Positions 50,481-60,294 of a stretch of DNA of 64,000 nt are shown here, in pieces; within the stretch, counting starts at the first letter, position 1; the number at the start of each line of letters is the position of its first letter. Made by a program: the position numbers and the translations under genes. A model generated the notes under the pieces. The model worked only from the letters and a program-made list of their open reading frames with translations, was not told where the DNA came from and ran no database searches. This DNA is from an uncultured Chloroflexia bacterium (lineage in GTDB: Bacteria; Chloroflexota; Limnocylindria; Limnocylindrales; CSP1-4). The DNA is taken from positions 202,807-266,806 of the forward strand of contig CAVZME010000011.1 of assembly GCA_963776385.1 (NCBI GenBank), given 5' to 3'.

Positions 50481-51422
50481 TCAGGGTAGCGCCACTTCGC
50501 GCAAGGCATCCTCGAAGCGCCGGTCGGAGGCGTTCCGGAGCAGCCGGTCGAAGTTGCCGGCCGCGTACGCGACGAAATCGACGTCGAGCGTGCTCACGCC
50601 CTGTTGGAGCACGCCCCACATCGCCTCGCGGAAGTCGGACACGATCCGCATCAACGTCAATCGGGCGAGTCGCGCAGGGCGGATCGTGCCGTCGTATGCC
50701 CTCAGCAGGATCTCGTCCTCCTCGGGCGTCAGCTCGTGGTTGATGCTGAAGTTGCCGAGGTCGAAGAATGGGTCGCCCATCCCGGCGTATTCCCAGTCGA
50801 TGATCCGGATGCGCGTCCCGTCATCGATGAAGTTGGCGTTGAGCAGGTCGTTGTGGCACGGCCGGAGCTCGATCGGGGCGGCCAGGAGGGCGCCCTCGAT
50901 GCGCCGCCCGACAGCCGCGGCCAGGTCGTACTCGGGCGGGATGTCGACGCCCCGGGCCATCGCCAGCGCACGGTAGGCCTCCACGATCCGCAACGGCACG
51001 AACAAGCCCGGGATGGCCGGGCCGTCATGGATCCGCCGGAGCGAATCCGCGACCCGCCGGAGCGTGTCGGGTCGATGGACGGCCTCGTCCGACACCGGGG
51101 AGCCGACGATGAACCGCGTGACCAGGTAGCCCTCGGGCCGGATGAACGCGGTCACCTCCGGCCCGACGCCGACCCCGGCGGCGGCCACGGTCGCGGCGTG
51201 TTCCACCTCCCGGGAGATGCCCAGGAGGTGGGTGTCATTGCCGGCCAGCCGGATGACCCAGCGGTCGTCCGTTCCGGCCGCGTCCACGCGGAAGTTCCGG
51301 TTCGTGATCCCGCCCGACAGGGCGGTCAAGGTCAAGGTCCGCCCGGCGATCTCCGGGACCCTCTGCAGGGCCCCGACGAGGTCGTCGTACAGGGGGCCCC
51401 GCAGGATGGCTTCGTCGGTCAC
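50481..51422 (-). CDS. choline/ethanolamine kinase-like phosphotransferase (APH fold), paralogue of 39076..39985
   Basis: The GTG start at 51422 overlaps the permease TAG stop (TAGTG). LSGGITNRNFRV, PCHNDLLNANFIDDG, IIDWEYAGMGDPFFDLGN. 313 aa, intact. Confidence 0.8.
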   Translation of the reverse strand: MTDEAILRGPLYDDLVGALQRVPEIAGRTLTLTALSGGITNRNFRVDAAGTDDRWVIRLAGNDTHLLGISREVEHAATVAAAGVGVGPEVTAFIRPEGYLVTRFIVGSPVSDEAVHRPDTLRRVADSLRRIHDGPAIPGLFVPLRIVEAYRALAMARGVDIPPEYDLAAAVGRRIEGALLAAPIELRPCHNDLLNANFIDDGTRIRIIDWEYAGMGDPFFDLGNFSINHELTPEEDEILLRAYDGTIRPARLARLTLMRIVSDFREAMWGVLQQGVSTLDVDFVAYAAGNFDRLLRNASDRRFEDALREVALP

Positions 51423-53080
51423 TAGCCGATGACGGCCTCGCCGGTCACGACGTCTGCCTCGGTCTCGGCATCGTGCGCGCTGCCGCGGACGGCGATCACG
51501 TAGTAGATGGCGCCGACGATCAGGATCGCCCCGACGAGTCGTCTCGAACACGGGCCAGGCGGGCATCCCGGCGATCTCATTGCCGAACGGCTTGATGAAC
51601 GCGTTGATGAACGGGTTCCAGAAGCCGCGCCCGTCGGTTCCCCAGTCGCCGAACAGCGAGGTGTCGGCCCACAGCGCGATGTTGATGATCATCAGGCCGC
51701 CGTAGATCAGGGCCAGGATGTTGACGAGCTTGCCCCAGCGGCCGAGGCTGAACCAGGCCTTCTGGTGCGGCCAGCCGCGGAACCGTGCCGCGAGGACGCC
51801 GGCATTGCACATGAAGTAGGCGACGTAGATCAGGCCCGTCGCCGCGATCGAGATGGAGACGGCCGGCCCCGGTCCGACGACGAGGATCGGCAGCGCGGCG
51901 ATCACGCCGACCGCGATGGCCGCATTGGCCGGGGTGCGGAACCGCGTGTTCACGTGACCCCACACGCCCGCCGAACGGCAGGTGCCGATCGCGGCCCATC
52001 GAGAACATCAGGCGGGTCGCTGCGCCCTGGATGGCGAGCGTGCACACGAAGACCGAGGCCAGGATCACGAACAGGTAGATGTCGCCACCGGTCAGGTTAC
52101 CGATCAGGTCGTTGTTGAAGGCATCCGAGATCGTCGTCCCGATCGGGAAGCCGCCGCCGAGACCCTCCTTCATCGAGGCCGGGATGTCGGGCGTCGCCAG
52201 GATGACGGCCGGGATGAAGATCGCTCCGACGAGGCCGGAGATGAGGATCGACGACAGCACGCCGCGCGGGGCCTGACGGCTGGCGTCGAGCGTCTCCTCG
52301 CCGAAGGTCCCGGCGGTATCGAAGCCGAACACGACGAAGGCGGCCATGAAGAACCCGAGTGCGAAGGTGGCGGGGATGTTCCCGTTCTGGGCCGCCTCGG
52401 ACCCCTCGAAGCTCGTCAGGACGCTTACCGGCTGGACGTTCGCGAAGATCAACAGGATGATCGCGAAGACGAACATGCCGAGGATCTCGGTCGCCACGCC
52501 GATGTTGTTCAGGATCGACAGCAGCCGGACGCCGTAGGCGTTGATCAGCGTCGTGATGATCAGCGTGCCGAGCGCGATGAACGTGAACATCGAGGTGAAG
52601 CCGCCCGGGCTGGCCGTATCGAGGAATGCGACGTCGCCGGTCGTGCCCACGAGCGAGCTGTGGAGAGCGTCGATCGACGAAGGCGACGATGACCGCGACC
52701 GCGCTGACGGTCACGACCTGCGCCCAGAAGTAGAACCAGCCGGTGAACCAGCCGAGCGTTCGGTGCGACAGGCGCTTGGACCACTGGTACACGGAGCCGG
52801 CGACCGGGTAGTGGCTGGCCAGCTCGGCGAATACGAGCGCCACGAGGAGCTGACCGCCGATGACGATGAACCACGTCCAGTAGAACGCCGGACCGCTGAG
52901 GCCGATGCCGACACCGTAGTTCCCGAACGTGCCCGTCGACACGCTGATGAACGCGAAGGCGATCGCGAAGTTCGACAGGAACCCGAGGGTCCGCCGCAGT
53001 TCGGGCTTGATGCCGAGCGATCGTAGGTGGGCGTCGTCGCGCGCTGCGACGTCCTGGGCCGATTCGCCTTGTCCCGCCAC
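51422..53080 (-). pseudogene. APC-superfamily amino acid / amino-alcohol permease, three frame breaks
   Basis: GTG 53080 preceded by GGAGGAGGAG. TM1-4 are in ORF 52097..53098, the middle in ORF 51577..52650, TM10-12 in ORF 50481..51965, and the last ~38 aa (LVGAILIVGAIYYVIAV...GEAVIG) in a fourth frame. Breaks are about 52655-52690, 51960-51985 and 51535-51545. Confidence 0.8.
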
Positions 53081-53215
53081 GAGATCTCCTCCTCCCACCG
53101 CACCGGGGCCGGTGCGAGCTGTCCTCTGGAGTTGACACGGGGAACGCTGGGGTCGCGGTGACGCTGGGCTCGATCCTCGCCTGGAACCCTCATTCCGGCG
53201 GCGGACCTGCGCGCG

Positions 53216-53243
53216 AGGATAGCACCGCGACTCGCGCGGTCAA
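53216..53243 (-). promoter_or_regulatory. candidate promoter of the permease-kinase operon
   Basis: On the minus strand: TTGACC (53238-53243), a 16-nt spacer, then TATCCT (53216-53221). It leaves a leader of about 125 nt. Confidence 0.3.
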
Positions 53244-53283
53244 CGTCTGTCTCAGCGGGCGGCGACGGCCTTGCGGACCCAGC

Positions 53284-53706
53284 TCAGTCGAGCTGCAGCG
53301 CGACGTCGCTCCCGCTGATCCTGTCCACGGCGATGTGGATGACCCACCCGTCCGGCGGGTCCGGGAAGCCCGGGAAGACGACGTCCGGCCCGATATAGAC
53401 GTACGCCAGGCGTTGCAGGAGTCGCGGCGCGCCGCCATCTGCGAGCTGCGCCCGGCCGTGCAGAACGATGTACCCGTCCAGTCCCATGGGGCCCTTCCGG
53501 CCGGTCTCGAATGAGATGGCGACACGCTCATCACGCCTGATGTTGCGCAGCTTCGCCTGGTCGTACATGGTGCCGATGACGACCTCGTCACCCTCGAGGC
53601 CGATCCACGCCATCGAGATGTGCGGCGTCCCGCTCGGGTTGAGCGTCACAACGTGGGCGATGGGGCCGGCCTCGATCGCTTCTCGCACTGCCGCGGGGAT
53701 CTCCAC
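53284..53706 (-). CDS. pyridoxamine 5'-phosphate oxidase family (PPOX-class, possibly F420-dependent) protein
   Basis: 140 aa. HVVTLNPSGTPHISMAWIGLEGDEVVIGT...KLRNIRRDERVAISF matches the split-barrel PPOX pattern. Confidence 0.75.
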   Translation of the reverse strand: MEIPAAVREAIEAGPIAHVVTLNPSGTPHISMAWIGLEGDEVVIGTMYDQAKLRNIRRDERVAISFETGRKGPMGLDGYIVLHGRAQLADGGAPRLLQRLAYVYIGPDVVFPGFPDPPDGWVIHIAVDRISGSDVALQLD

Positions 53707-53714
53707 GGCTGGCC

Positions 53715-55119
53715 TTACCTGGCCACCGCAGGCCGGAGCGCATCCGGGATGGGTCGGTGCATGTCGACCGGCTGGACGTACCGATCGACCATCGCGCGTG
53801 AGTCGTTCACCCCGAGCTCGGTGAACAGGTACGAGATCTTGCGGCGCTGGGCGGCCAGGATCTCGCCCTTGGTCTCGAGCTCCCAGAGCTGGCGCTTGAA
53901 CGGCCCGAGCGCCTTCTTGCGGGTCGTATACACGAACTGCTGGTCGGTCTGGCCGGCCTTGCGCTCATCGGCCGCGTTGCCGAAGCACCACGACTCGATC
54001 TCGCGATGGAGCGACTCGGGGAAGGCGGGATGCTCGTACAGCGCGTTCTGGAAGCCCGTCGCGAGGTGGATCTCGGCGGTCTCGACGGCCGGGAAGCGGT
54101 GGAACAGCTCGTCGGGCAGGGTCGACGCCCCGTGCTGGACGGCACCCGCCAGCCCGTACTCGCGGGCGACGACACCCAGCTCCCGCAGGACCTCGAAATC
54201 GAGCTTGACCTCCGCGACGCCGCCGCCCGGCAGCGGCACGCCGCCGTGTGATGTGCCGGTCTGGACGCTGACCTTCGAGATGCCCTTGGCGCCCGGGGCG
54301 CGGGCATCGAGCTCACGCCGATAGCCGTCGAGGTACGCGCGCAGCTCATCGACGGTCGAGTTCTGGGTGCCCGACTTCGCCGATCTCGCCACCGACGCTG
54401 ACGGTGACGCCGTCGCTCTCGAGCGTCCGGATGAGCGCCGTCAGCTCGGCCGCGCGACGGTAGTTCTCGCCCTGCTCCTCGTCGACGTTGGGCTTCGAGA
54501 GGTCGACCAGCGTCGAAGAGTCGATGTCGATGTTCCGGTAGCCGGCATCGATCGCGAGCCGGCAGGCGCGCCGGATCTCCTCGGTCATCGACTCGGGGTC
54601 GGCCGCGTATTTCTTGGCGTTGAACTGGTAGTGGTCGCCCTGGATGAAGACTGGGCCCCGCCAGCCCGCCGCGATCGCGCCGGCGAGGACCGACGTCGCA
54701 TAGTCGATCGGGCGCTGGAAGGTGTAGGTCTGCTCGCTCCGGGCGAGCTCGAGGATCAGTGCGCCGACGTCGGCTGCGGCGGCTGCCTCGTAGACCGTCC
54801 GCGCCATGTCGAACACCTGGGCGCGCAGGTTCATCGCCGGGACCGTGAAGCCGGCGACCTCGCCCCGCGAGCGCGCCTCGTACAGGGCCTGGATGCTCGC
54901 CGAGCGCGCGCCGAGGACCTGGCTGGCTTCCCAAATGAGCCATTGCGCAGCGGCTGTCGTCGCCTCGTCGTCGCTGAAGGCCGCTGTCCACGCCAGGTCC
55001 GCGACACCGCCGTCACGGAACGCCCGCTCATCGTCGATGACGAGGTGGTCGCCATCGAGATGGGCACTGCCCACGAGGGAGGTCAGCAGGTCGCCGGGTG
55101 AGGTCGCGACGGTAGGCAT
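53715..55119 (-). pseudogene. fba: class II fructose-bisphosphate aldolase (long form), one frame break
   Basis: ATG 55119 with GGAG upstream. The N-terminal 2/3 (FTVPAMNLR, IQGDHYQF, NIDIDSSTL) is in ORF 54346..55155. The remainder (QTGTSHGG, VQHGASTLPDE) is in ORF 53715..54392. The junction is about 54375-54395. Confidence 0.85.
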
Positions 55120-55194
55120 GGACGGAGGTCTCCTGTCAGGCGGGTCGCTGTCCATGGTACCGCCGGGCCACGAACGCCAACGCCCAGACCAGGC

Positions 55195-55683
55195 TCAGCG
55201 ACCGGGCTTGACCACCATGAGGAAGACGATCGTGACGATCAGCAGACCGAGGAACATCCCGCCACGCTGGATCTTCTTGACGGTCGCGAGGACCTCGGGT
55301 GGAGGGGGTCCGGGCGGCGTGCCGGGGGGTGGTGGCGTCGAGGTGATCTCGATGAGGTGGTGAAGAGCGTTGCGCTGGATGGTCAGCGCGTAGGTGACCG
55401 CGATCAGGTACAGGATGATGCCGGCGACCAGCCACGGCTGCTTCTGCGGCTCGAGCTTGAGTGCGAACAGGAGCAGGAGGCCGGTGATCCCCTGGAAGAT
55501 CGCCAGCGGATAGACGACCTTGTTGCCGATCGCCTCGACCTGGCGCGAGCTGAAGTTGGCGTGTTGCGGCTCCTTCCCGGCCATCGACCCCATGATCGAG
55601 TAGGCAAAGGTCGGACCGAAGGCGATGATCGCCCCGAGGACGTGCAGGAACAGGAAGAACGGGGCGAACTGGACGAGATCCAC
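55195..55683 (-). CDS. DUF2269-like membrane protein
   Basis: 162 aa and 4 TM. FLFLHVLGAIIAFGPTFAYS. Proline-rich loop PPPPGTPPGPPPP. Confidence 0.65.
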   Translation of the reverse strand: MDLVQFAPFFLFLHVLGAIIAFGPTFAYSIMGSMAGKEPQHANFSSRQVEAIGNKVVYPLAIFQGITGLLLLFALKLEPQKQPWLVAGIILYLIAVTYALTIQRNALHHLIEITSTPPPPGTPPGPPPPEVLATVKKIQRGGMFLGLLIVTIVFLMVVKPGR

Positions 55684-55772
55684 GGACTACCTCCGATACG
55701 CACGGGCACGACCCCGGTCTTGCGCAGGATAGGCCGCGCCGGGGTCCGCGCGCGACGTGCTCGCGCGACCCT

Positions 55773-57896
55773 CTACGACACTCGCTTCGTGCGCCGGCTG
55801 ACGAAGTCGACCAGGACGTACTCCCCGAGGTGCTCGGGCGTGGCGTAGAACGCGCGGCCGCGGTTGAGCCGGGTCATGTGAGCGACGAACTCGGCCAGTG
55901 CCCGCGACCGTTCGAGCATGAACGTGTTGATCGTGATCCCCTCCTTCGTGCAGCGCTGCACCTCGCGGAGGGTCTCCTGGATGGTCCGCCTCGTCGGCGG
56001 GTAGTTGAACTCGACCTGGCCGTCTTCGAAGTGGGCGGTCGGTTCGCCGTCGGTGATGACCACGATCTCCTTGTTGACCGCCGGGTTCCGTTCCAGGATC
56101 CGACGGGCGAGGAGCAGGCCGTGCTGGAGGTTCGTGCCGTACTCGTAGCCATGCCAGCTCAGCTCCGCGAGCGCGCCGGGCCGGATCTCGCGGGCGTAGT
56201 AGGCGAAGCCGATGACCGACAGGTGGTCGCGCGGGTATTGCGTCCGGATGAGCGTGTCAAGCGCGACGGCGACCTTCTTGGCCGCCAGGAAGCAGCCCCG
56301 CAGCAGCATCGAGCGGCTCATGTCGACGAGGAGGACCGTCGACGTCTGGGTGAGCTGCTCGGTCCGATGCACCTCGAAGTCGGTCGGCAGAAGGTGGATC
56401 CGTCGGTCGCCGCTGGCAGCCCGCGCGGCGGGCGCATTCTCGTCACGACCCAGCGCATTGAACAGCGTTCCGCGCAGGTCGAGATGGAACGGGTCGCCGA
56501 ATTCGTACGGCTTGGTCGACTCCTCCCGCTCCCCGCCCCGCCCGCCACGGTCGATCCGATGGCCGCCGAAGGCATCCCGCTGGAGCCGTGCGAACAGGTC
56601 GTCGAGGACCTTCTGGCCGATGCGTCGGCTGCCCCGTGGCGTGAGTTCGAGCCGCTCCCCGTCGCGCGTCAGATAGCCGGCCTCCTCGAGCCGCCGGGCG
56701 AGGTCATCGAGCGCATCGAGATCGCGGAGCGCGTCGTCCCCGAGCAGGTCGCGGACCTCGTTGCGGTCGAGCGACGCGAGATCCCCGGGCGATTCGACGT
56801 CGGACAGGGCGTCCTGCAGGCGGTCCATCGCCTGGAGACGCGCGATCTGGTCGAGCGCGCCCTCGAGACCGAGCGGCTCCTCGCCCCCGAATGGCACCCG
56901 GTCGCCGAGCCCACCCGGAAGGAGCAGGTCGAGGTTCGAGGCGAGCTGGGCGAGATCGACCAGGAGCCGGTCGTCGCGCAGGAGGGCCTCCATCATCGAG
57001 TTGAGCTCGGCTCGCTGTTCCGGGCTCATCGAGCGCATCAGCGACTGCATGGCCGCCATCCGCTGGGCGAGCTGGTCGATGATGTCGTCGAAGGTCTGGG
57101 CGCCCGGGAAGAAACGGCCGTGCTTGGCGAGGAACTCGCTCGCGTCGGGCTCGCCGCCACCGATCCGCTCGCGGATGAGCTCGTTGAGATCGCGGACCAT
57201 CTCGCGGTTGGCAGCGAGGTCCTCCGGCGTCATCGACTTGATCGCGTCGGACATCCCGGACACGAACTGGTCGAGGACCTGGCCCTGGAGCTTCTTGACG
57301 AGCTCATCGAAACGCTCGCGAGCGGCCGGCTCCATGAAGTCGTACTCCTGGAGGCCGCGGATGCGGTCGCCGATGTCCGGAGGCAGCGCGTCGAGCTGGT
57401 CGAGGCGGCGAGCTGCGGCATCACGCAGCATCTGGCGCAGGTCGTCCGGGACGTCCGCTCCGTCACCGTCCCGCCGCGACGCCTGGTCGAGGCGGCGCTC
57501 CACGCCGGCTCGCTCCTCGCCGACGATCTCATCGAGCTGCTGGCGGATGTCGCCCAGGACGTCGTCGAGCTGGTAGCGCTCGAGCATCGCCTCGCGGCGT
57601 CGTTCCAGTCGGTCCATCAGGTCGCGCAGACCGGGCAGGTCGCCGCGGGTCGGGTCGCCCGTTCGCCAGCCGCGATCCATCAGGCGGCGGAGGGCCTCGG
57701 CGAGGTCGCCCTCGGCCATGACGTCGTCGGCGAGCGCATCGATGATCTCGTCGGCGTCGAGATCGGCGACCTGCTGGCTGCCGTCCCAGGCGGAGTAGCG
57801 GGCGGCTCGGACGAGCGCACCCGGGCTCCCTGGCGTCGTCTGTCGCGGCGGCACGACCGGGCCGAGATCGCGCGGATCGGGCGAGTACCCGGTCAT
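55773..57896 (-). CDS. VWA domain-containing protein (partner of the upstream AAA+ ATPase)
   Basis: Start at ATG 57896 (MTGYSPDPRD). A long helical acidic/basic N-region. C-terminal VWA with MIDAS-like VLLVDMSRSM...VVITDGEPT. 707 aa, intact. Confidence 0.8.
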   Translation of the reverse strand: MTGYSPDPRDLGPVVPPRQTTPGSPGALVRAARYSAWDGSQQVADLDADEIIDALADDVMAEGDLAEALRRLMDRGWRTGDPTRGDLPGLRDLMDRLERRREAMLERYQLDDVLGDIRQQLDEIVGEERAGVERRLDQASRRDGDGADVPDDLRQMLRDAAARRLDQLDALPPDIGDRIRGLQEYDFMEPAARERFDELVKKLQGQVLDQFVSGMSDAIKSMTPEDLAANREMVRDLNELIRERIGGGEPDASEFLAKHGRFFPGAQTFDDIIDQLAQRMAAMQSLMRSMSPEQRAELNSMMEALLRDDRLLVDLAQLASNLDLLLPGGLGDRVPFGGEEPLGLEGALDQIARLQAMDRLQDALSDVESPGDLASLDRNEVRDLLGDDALRDLDALDDLARRLEEAGYLTRDGERLELTPRGSRRIGQKVLDDLFARLQRDAFGGHRIDRGGRGGEREESTKPYEFGDPFHLDLRGTLFNALGRDENAPAARAASGDRRIHLLPTDFEVHRTEQLTQTSTVLLVDMSRSMLLRGCFLAAKKVAVALDTLIRTQYPRDHLSVIGFAYYAREIRPGALAELSWHGYEYGTNLQHGLLLARRILERNPAVNKEIVVITDGEPTAHFEDGQVEFNYPPTRRTIQETLREVQRCTKEGITINTFMLERSRALAEFVAHMTRLNRGRAFYATPEHLGEYVLVDFVSRRTKRVS

Positions 57897-57909
57897 CGGA
57901 CCGTGCCGG

Positions 57910-59353
57910 TCACCGGTGGTAGACCGTGCCGCCCGGGACGCGGTCCTTGTTGAGCCGCCGGGCGAGGTGCAGACCCTCGAGCAGGAACTCGACTGCCGAG
58001 GCCACGACCGCGGGTTCCTCGGAACCGTCGGTGATGTCGTACGCACCGAGCCGGTCGACGGCGACCGAGAGGCCGGGCACCTCGCGCATCCACGCCACGT
58101 ATTCGCGCGAGGGCGTGCGGTCGCCGGTCTCGACGCTGAACCCGTCCTCGAATGCTTCGACGACGCCATCGAGGTCGTCGATCGTGACGTGCCGGTTGAA
58201 CGTCGTGTGGAGTGCCTTGGTGATGAGCCGCTCGACGATGCGGTCCTCCGGCGCATCGTCGCCCGCGGTCTCGAGCTCGACCTTGCCGACGGTGGACGCG
58301 ACCACGGCCCCGAGATCGGAGATGCGTGGCGCCCCGACCCGCTCGCCGAGGCGGACGGCCCGCTTGAGGGCAGCTGCCTCGAGCACCTCGGCATTGGCGA
58401 CGGACACCCGGACGCTGACGCCCGAGCGCTGGCTGATCTCCGGGGAGCGGCGGGCGAGATGGGTCAGCTCGGCGACGAGCTCCTCCATGAAGCCCGGGAC
58501 GACGACCGTCGGCGTGCCTTCCTCCGGTTCGAATCGGTGCTTCTCCTGCCGGACGATCGCCATCTCGTGCTCGAGCGTCCGCGGATAGTGGGTCCGGATC
58601 TGCGACCCGAGCCGGTCCTTGAGTGGCGTGATGATCCGGCCGCGCGACGTGTAGTCCTCCGGGTTGGCCGAGGCGACCATGTACAGGTCGAGCGGCAGGC
58701 GGACCTGGAAGCCGCGGATCTGGACGTCACGTTCCTCGAGGATGTTGAGCAGGCCGACCTGGATCCGCTCGGCAAGGTCGGGCAGCTCGTTGATGGCGAC
58801 GATGCCGCGGTTGGCGCGCGGGATGAGGCCGTAGTGCAAGCGTCAGCTCGTCGGACAGGTAGCGGCCCTCGGCGACCTTGATCGGATCGACCTCGCCGAT
58901 GAGGTCCGCGATCGTGATATCGGGCGTCGCGAGCTTCTCCGCGTAACGGCGGTCGCGCGGGATCCAGTCGATCGCAGTCGCGTCGCCGTCGCGCGCGACG
59001 ATTGCGACGGCCGCCGGGCTGATCGGCGCCAGCGGGTCGTCGTTGAGTTCGCCGCCGTGGACGACCGGCAGCCACGGATCGAGCAGGCCGACGAGGAGCC
59101 GCGCCATCCGCGTCTTGGCCTGGCCGCGCTCGCCCAGGAAGACGAGGTCGTGGCCCGCCAGGATCGCGTTCTCGATCGCCGGGATGACCGAATCCTCGTA
59201 GCCGACGACGCCGGGGAAGACCTGTCCGCCTGCCGCGAACCGGGCCAGGAGATTGGCGCGCAGCTCGTCCTTGACGGTGCGCGACCGCCAGCCCGCGGCT
59301 TTCAGGGCGCCCAGCGTCTCCGGCTGTGGAGTGGTGCGGGCGGTCTGGTCCAC
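57910..59353 (-). pseudogene. ChlI/MoxR-type AAA+ ATPase (magnesium-chelatase-like), one frame break
   Basis: GTG 59353. Walker A FLGERGQAKT is in ORF 58727..59353. From LHYGLIPRANRGIVAINELPDL (Walker B/sensor) onward it is in ORF 57910..58839. The junction is about 58835-58850. Confidence 0.8.
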
Positions 59354-59394
59354 GGCGTCATCCCCCGGTGCGAGACTGGGCTCGGAGCGCGAGC

Positions 59395-60263
59395 CTAAGC
59401 GTCTGCCCGCGGAGCGTCAAACGGCACGGCGGGACGGTAGGCACGGATCGCGGCGAGGACCGGTTGCGGGTCGGTCACGCCGGTCTCGATGAGGGTCTGC
59501 GAGGTGGTCGCGGCGCCTGCCGACCTCGACCTCGAAGTCACCGGCACGAAGGCCGACGCGGCGCGCGAGTTCCGGGGTCACGCCCCAGCCGAATTGCTCC
59601 ATCTCGTCCATCTCCGGGTCCCAGGTGGCGAGCACGGCGGGTCCCAGCCGCTGGAGGTGGCCGTGGACGTCGCGGGCCACGGGGCGGACGAAATGGGCGG
59701 CGACGACGCGGCGGCGATCGTCGTCGAGCCGGCGCAGGATCGAGGACGACACCCGAGATGCGACAGTTCGTCATCGGTCAGGCGGACGGGGTGGCGACGC
59801 AGGCGCGTCGAAGACGTCGTCGAGCGAGTCGGCGTGGATGGTCGCGGCGAGGCCATACCCGATCGATGTCGCCCGGACCGCGATCTGCGCCGCCTTGCCC
59901 CAGGTGTAGATCGGCAGATGATCGGAAAGCTCGGCGGCGTAGAGGACGGTCGTGTCGGGGCGGATGGGGTCGCCGTCGGGCCGACGGAGCGGCGGTCCCG
60001 GGCCAGCCGAGTTCGGATGCCTGGGGCAACCAGTCGAAGGTCTCCTCTGCGCCCGCGAGCTCGATGACGCGTGTCTCGGGCCGGAGGAACGCGAGCAGGG
60101 CGTCGAGCATCGTCGTCTTCCCGACGTGCTGGGCCTCGGCGGCGACGATGATCGGAACGCGCGCCTCGATCAGCAGCCAGAGCGTCGCCGCCAGTTCCGT
60201 GTCGAGAGTGCCTTCCCGGATCAGCGTGATGATCGAGCGATCGGTGGGACGGCGGTCGGGCAC
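59395..60263 (-). pseudogene. short T2SS/T4SS-type (VirB11/CpaF-like) P-loop ATPase, four frame breaks
   Basis: LIREGTLDTELAATLWLLIEARVPIIVAAEAQHVGKTTMLDALLAFL (Walker A) is in ORF 59778..60263. The sequence then continues through three further frames (PDGDPIRPDTTVLYAAELSDHLPIYTWG..., RRHPVRLTDDELSHLG, ILRRLDDDRRRVVAAHF...). It ends ...AIRAYRPAVPFDAPRADA at TAG 59395-59397. Confidence 0.6.
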
Positions 60264-60294
60264 GGTCCGAGCGTACGGGCCGGTCGAGGACCGG

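Noticed and set aside
55830-57953. 707-aa ORF antisense to the VWA gene. The same applies to 34656..36950 (antisense to DMGO-like 1), 31216..33189 (antisense to the permease and aminotransferase), 28609..29865 and 46577..47962.
   Set aside because: All are opposite strongly supported genes, lack motifs and have the Arg/Asp/Gly-rich composition of non-coding frames.
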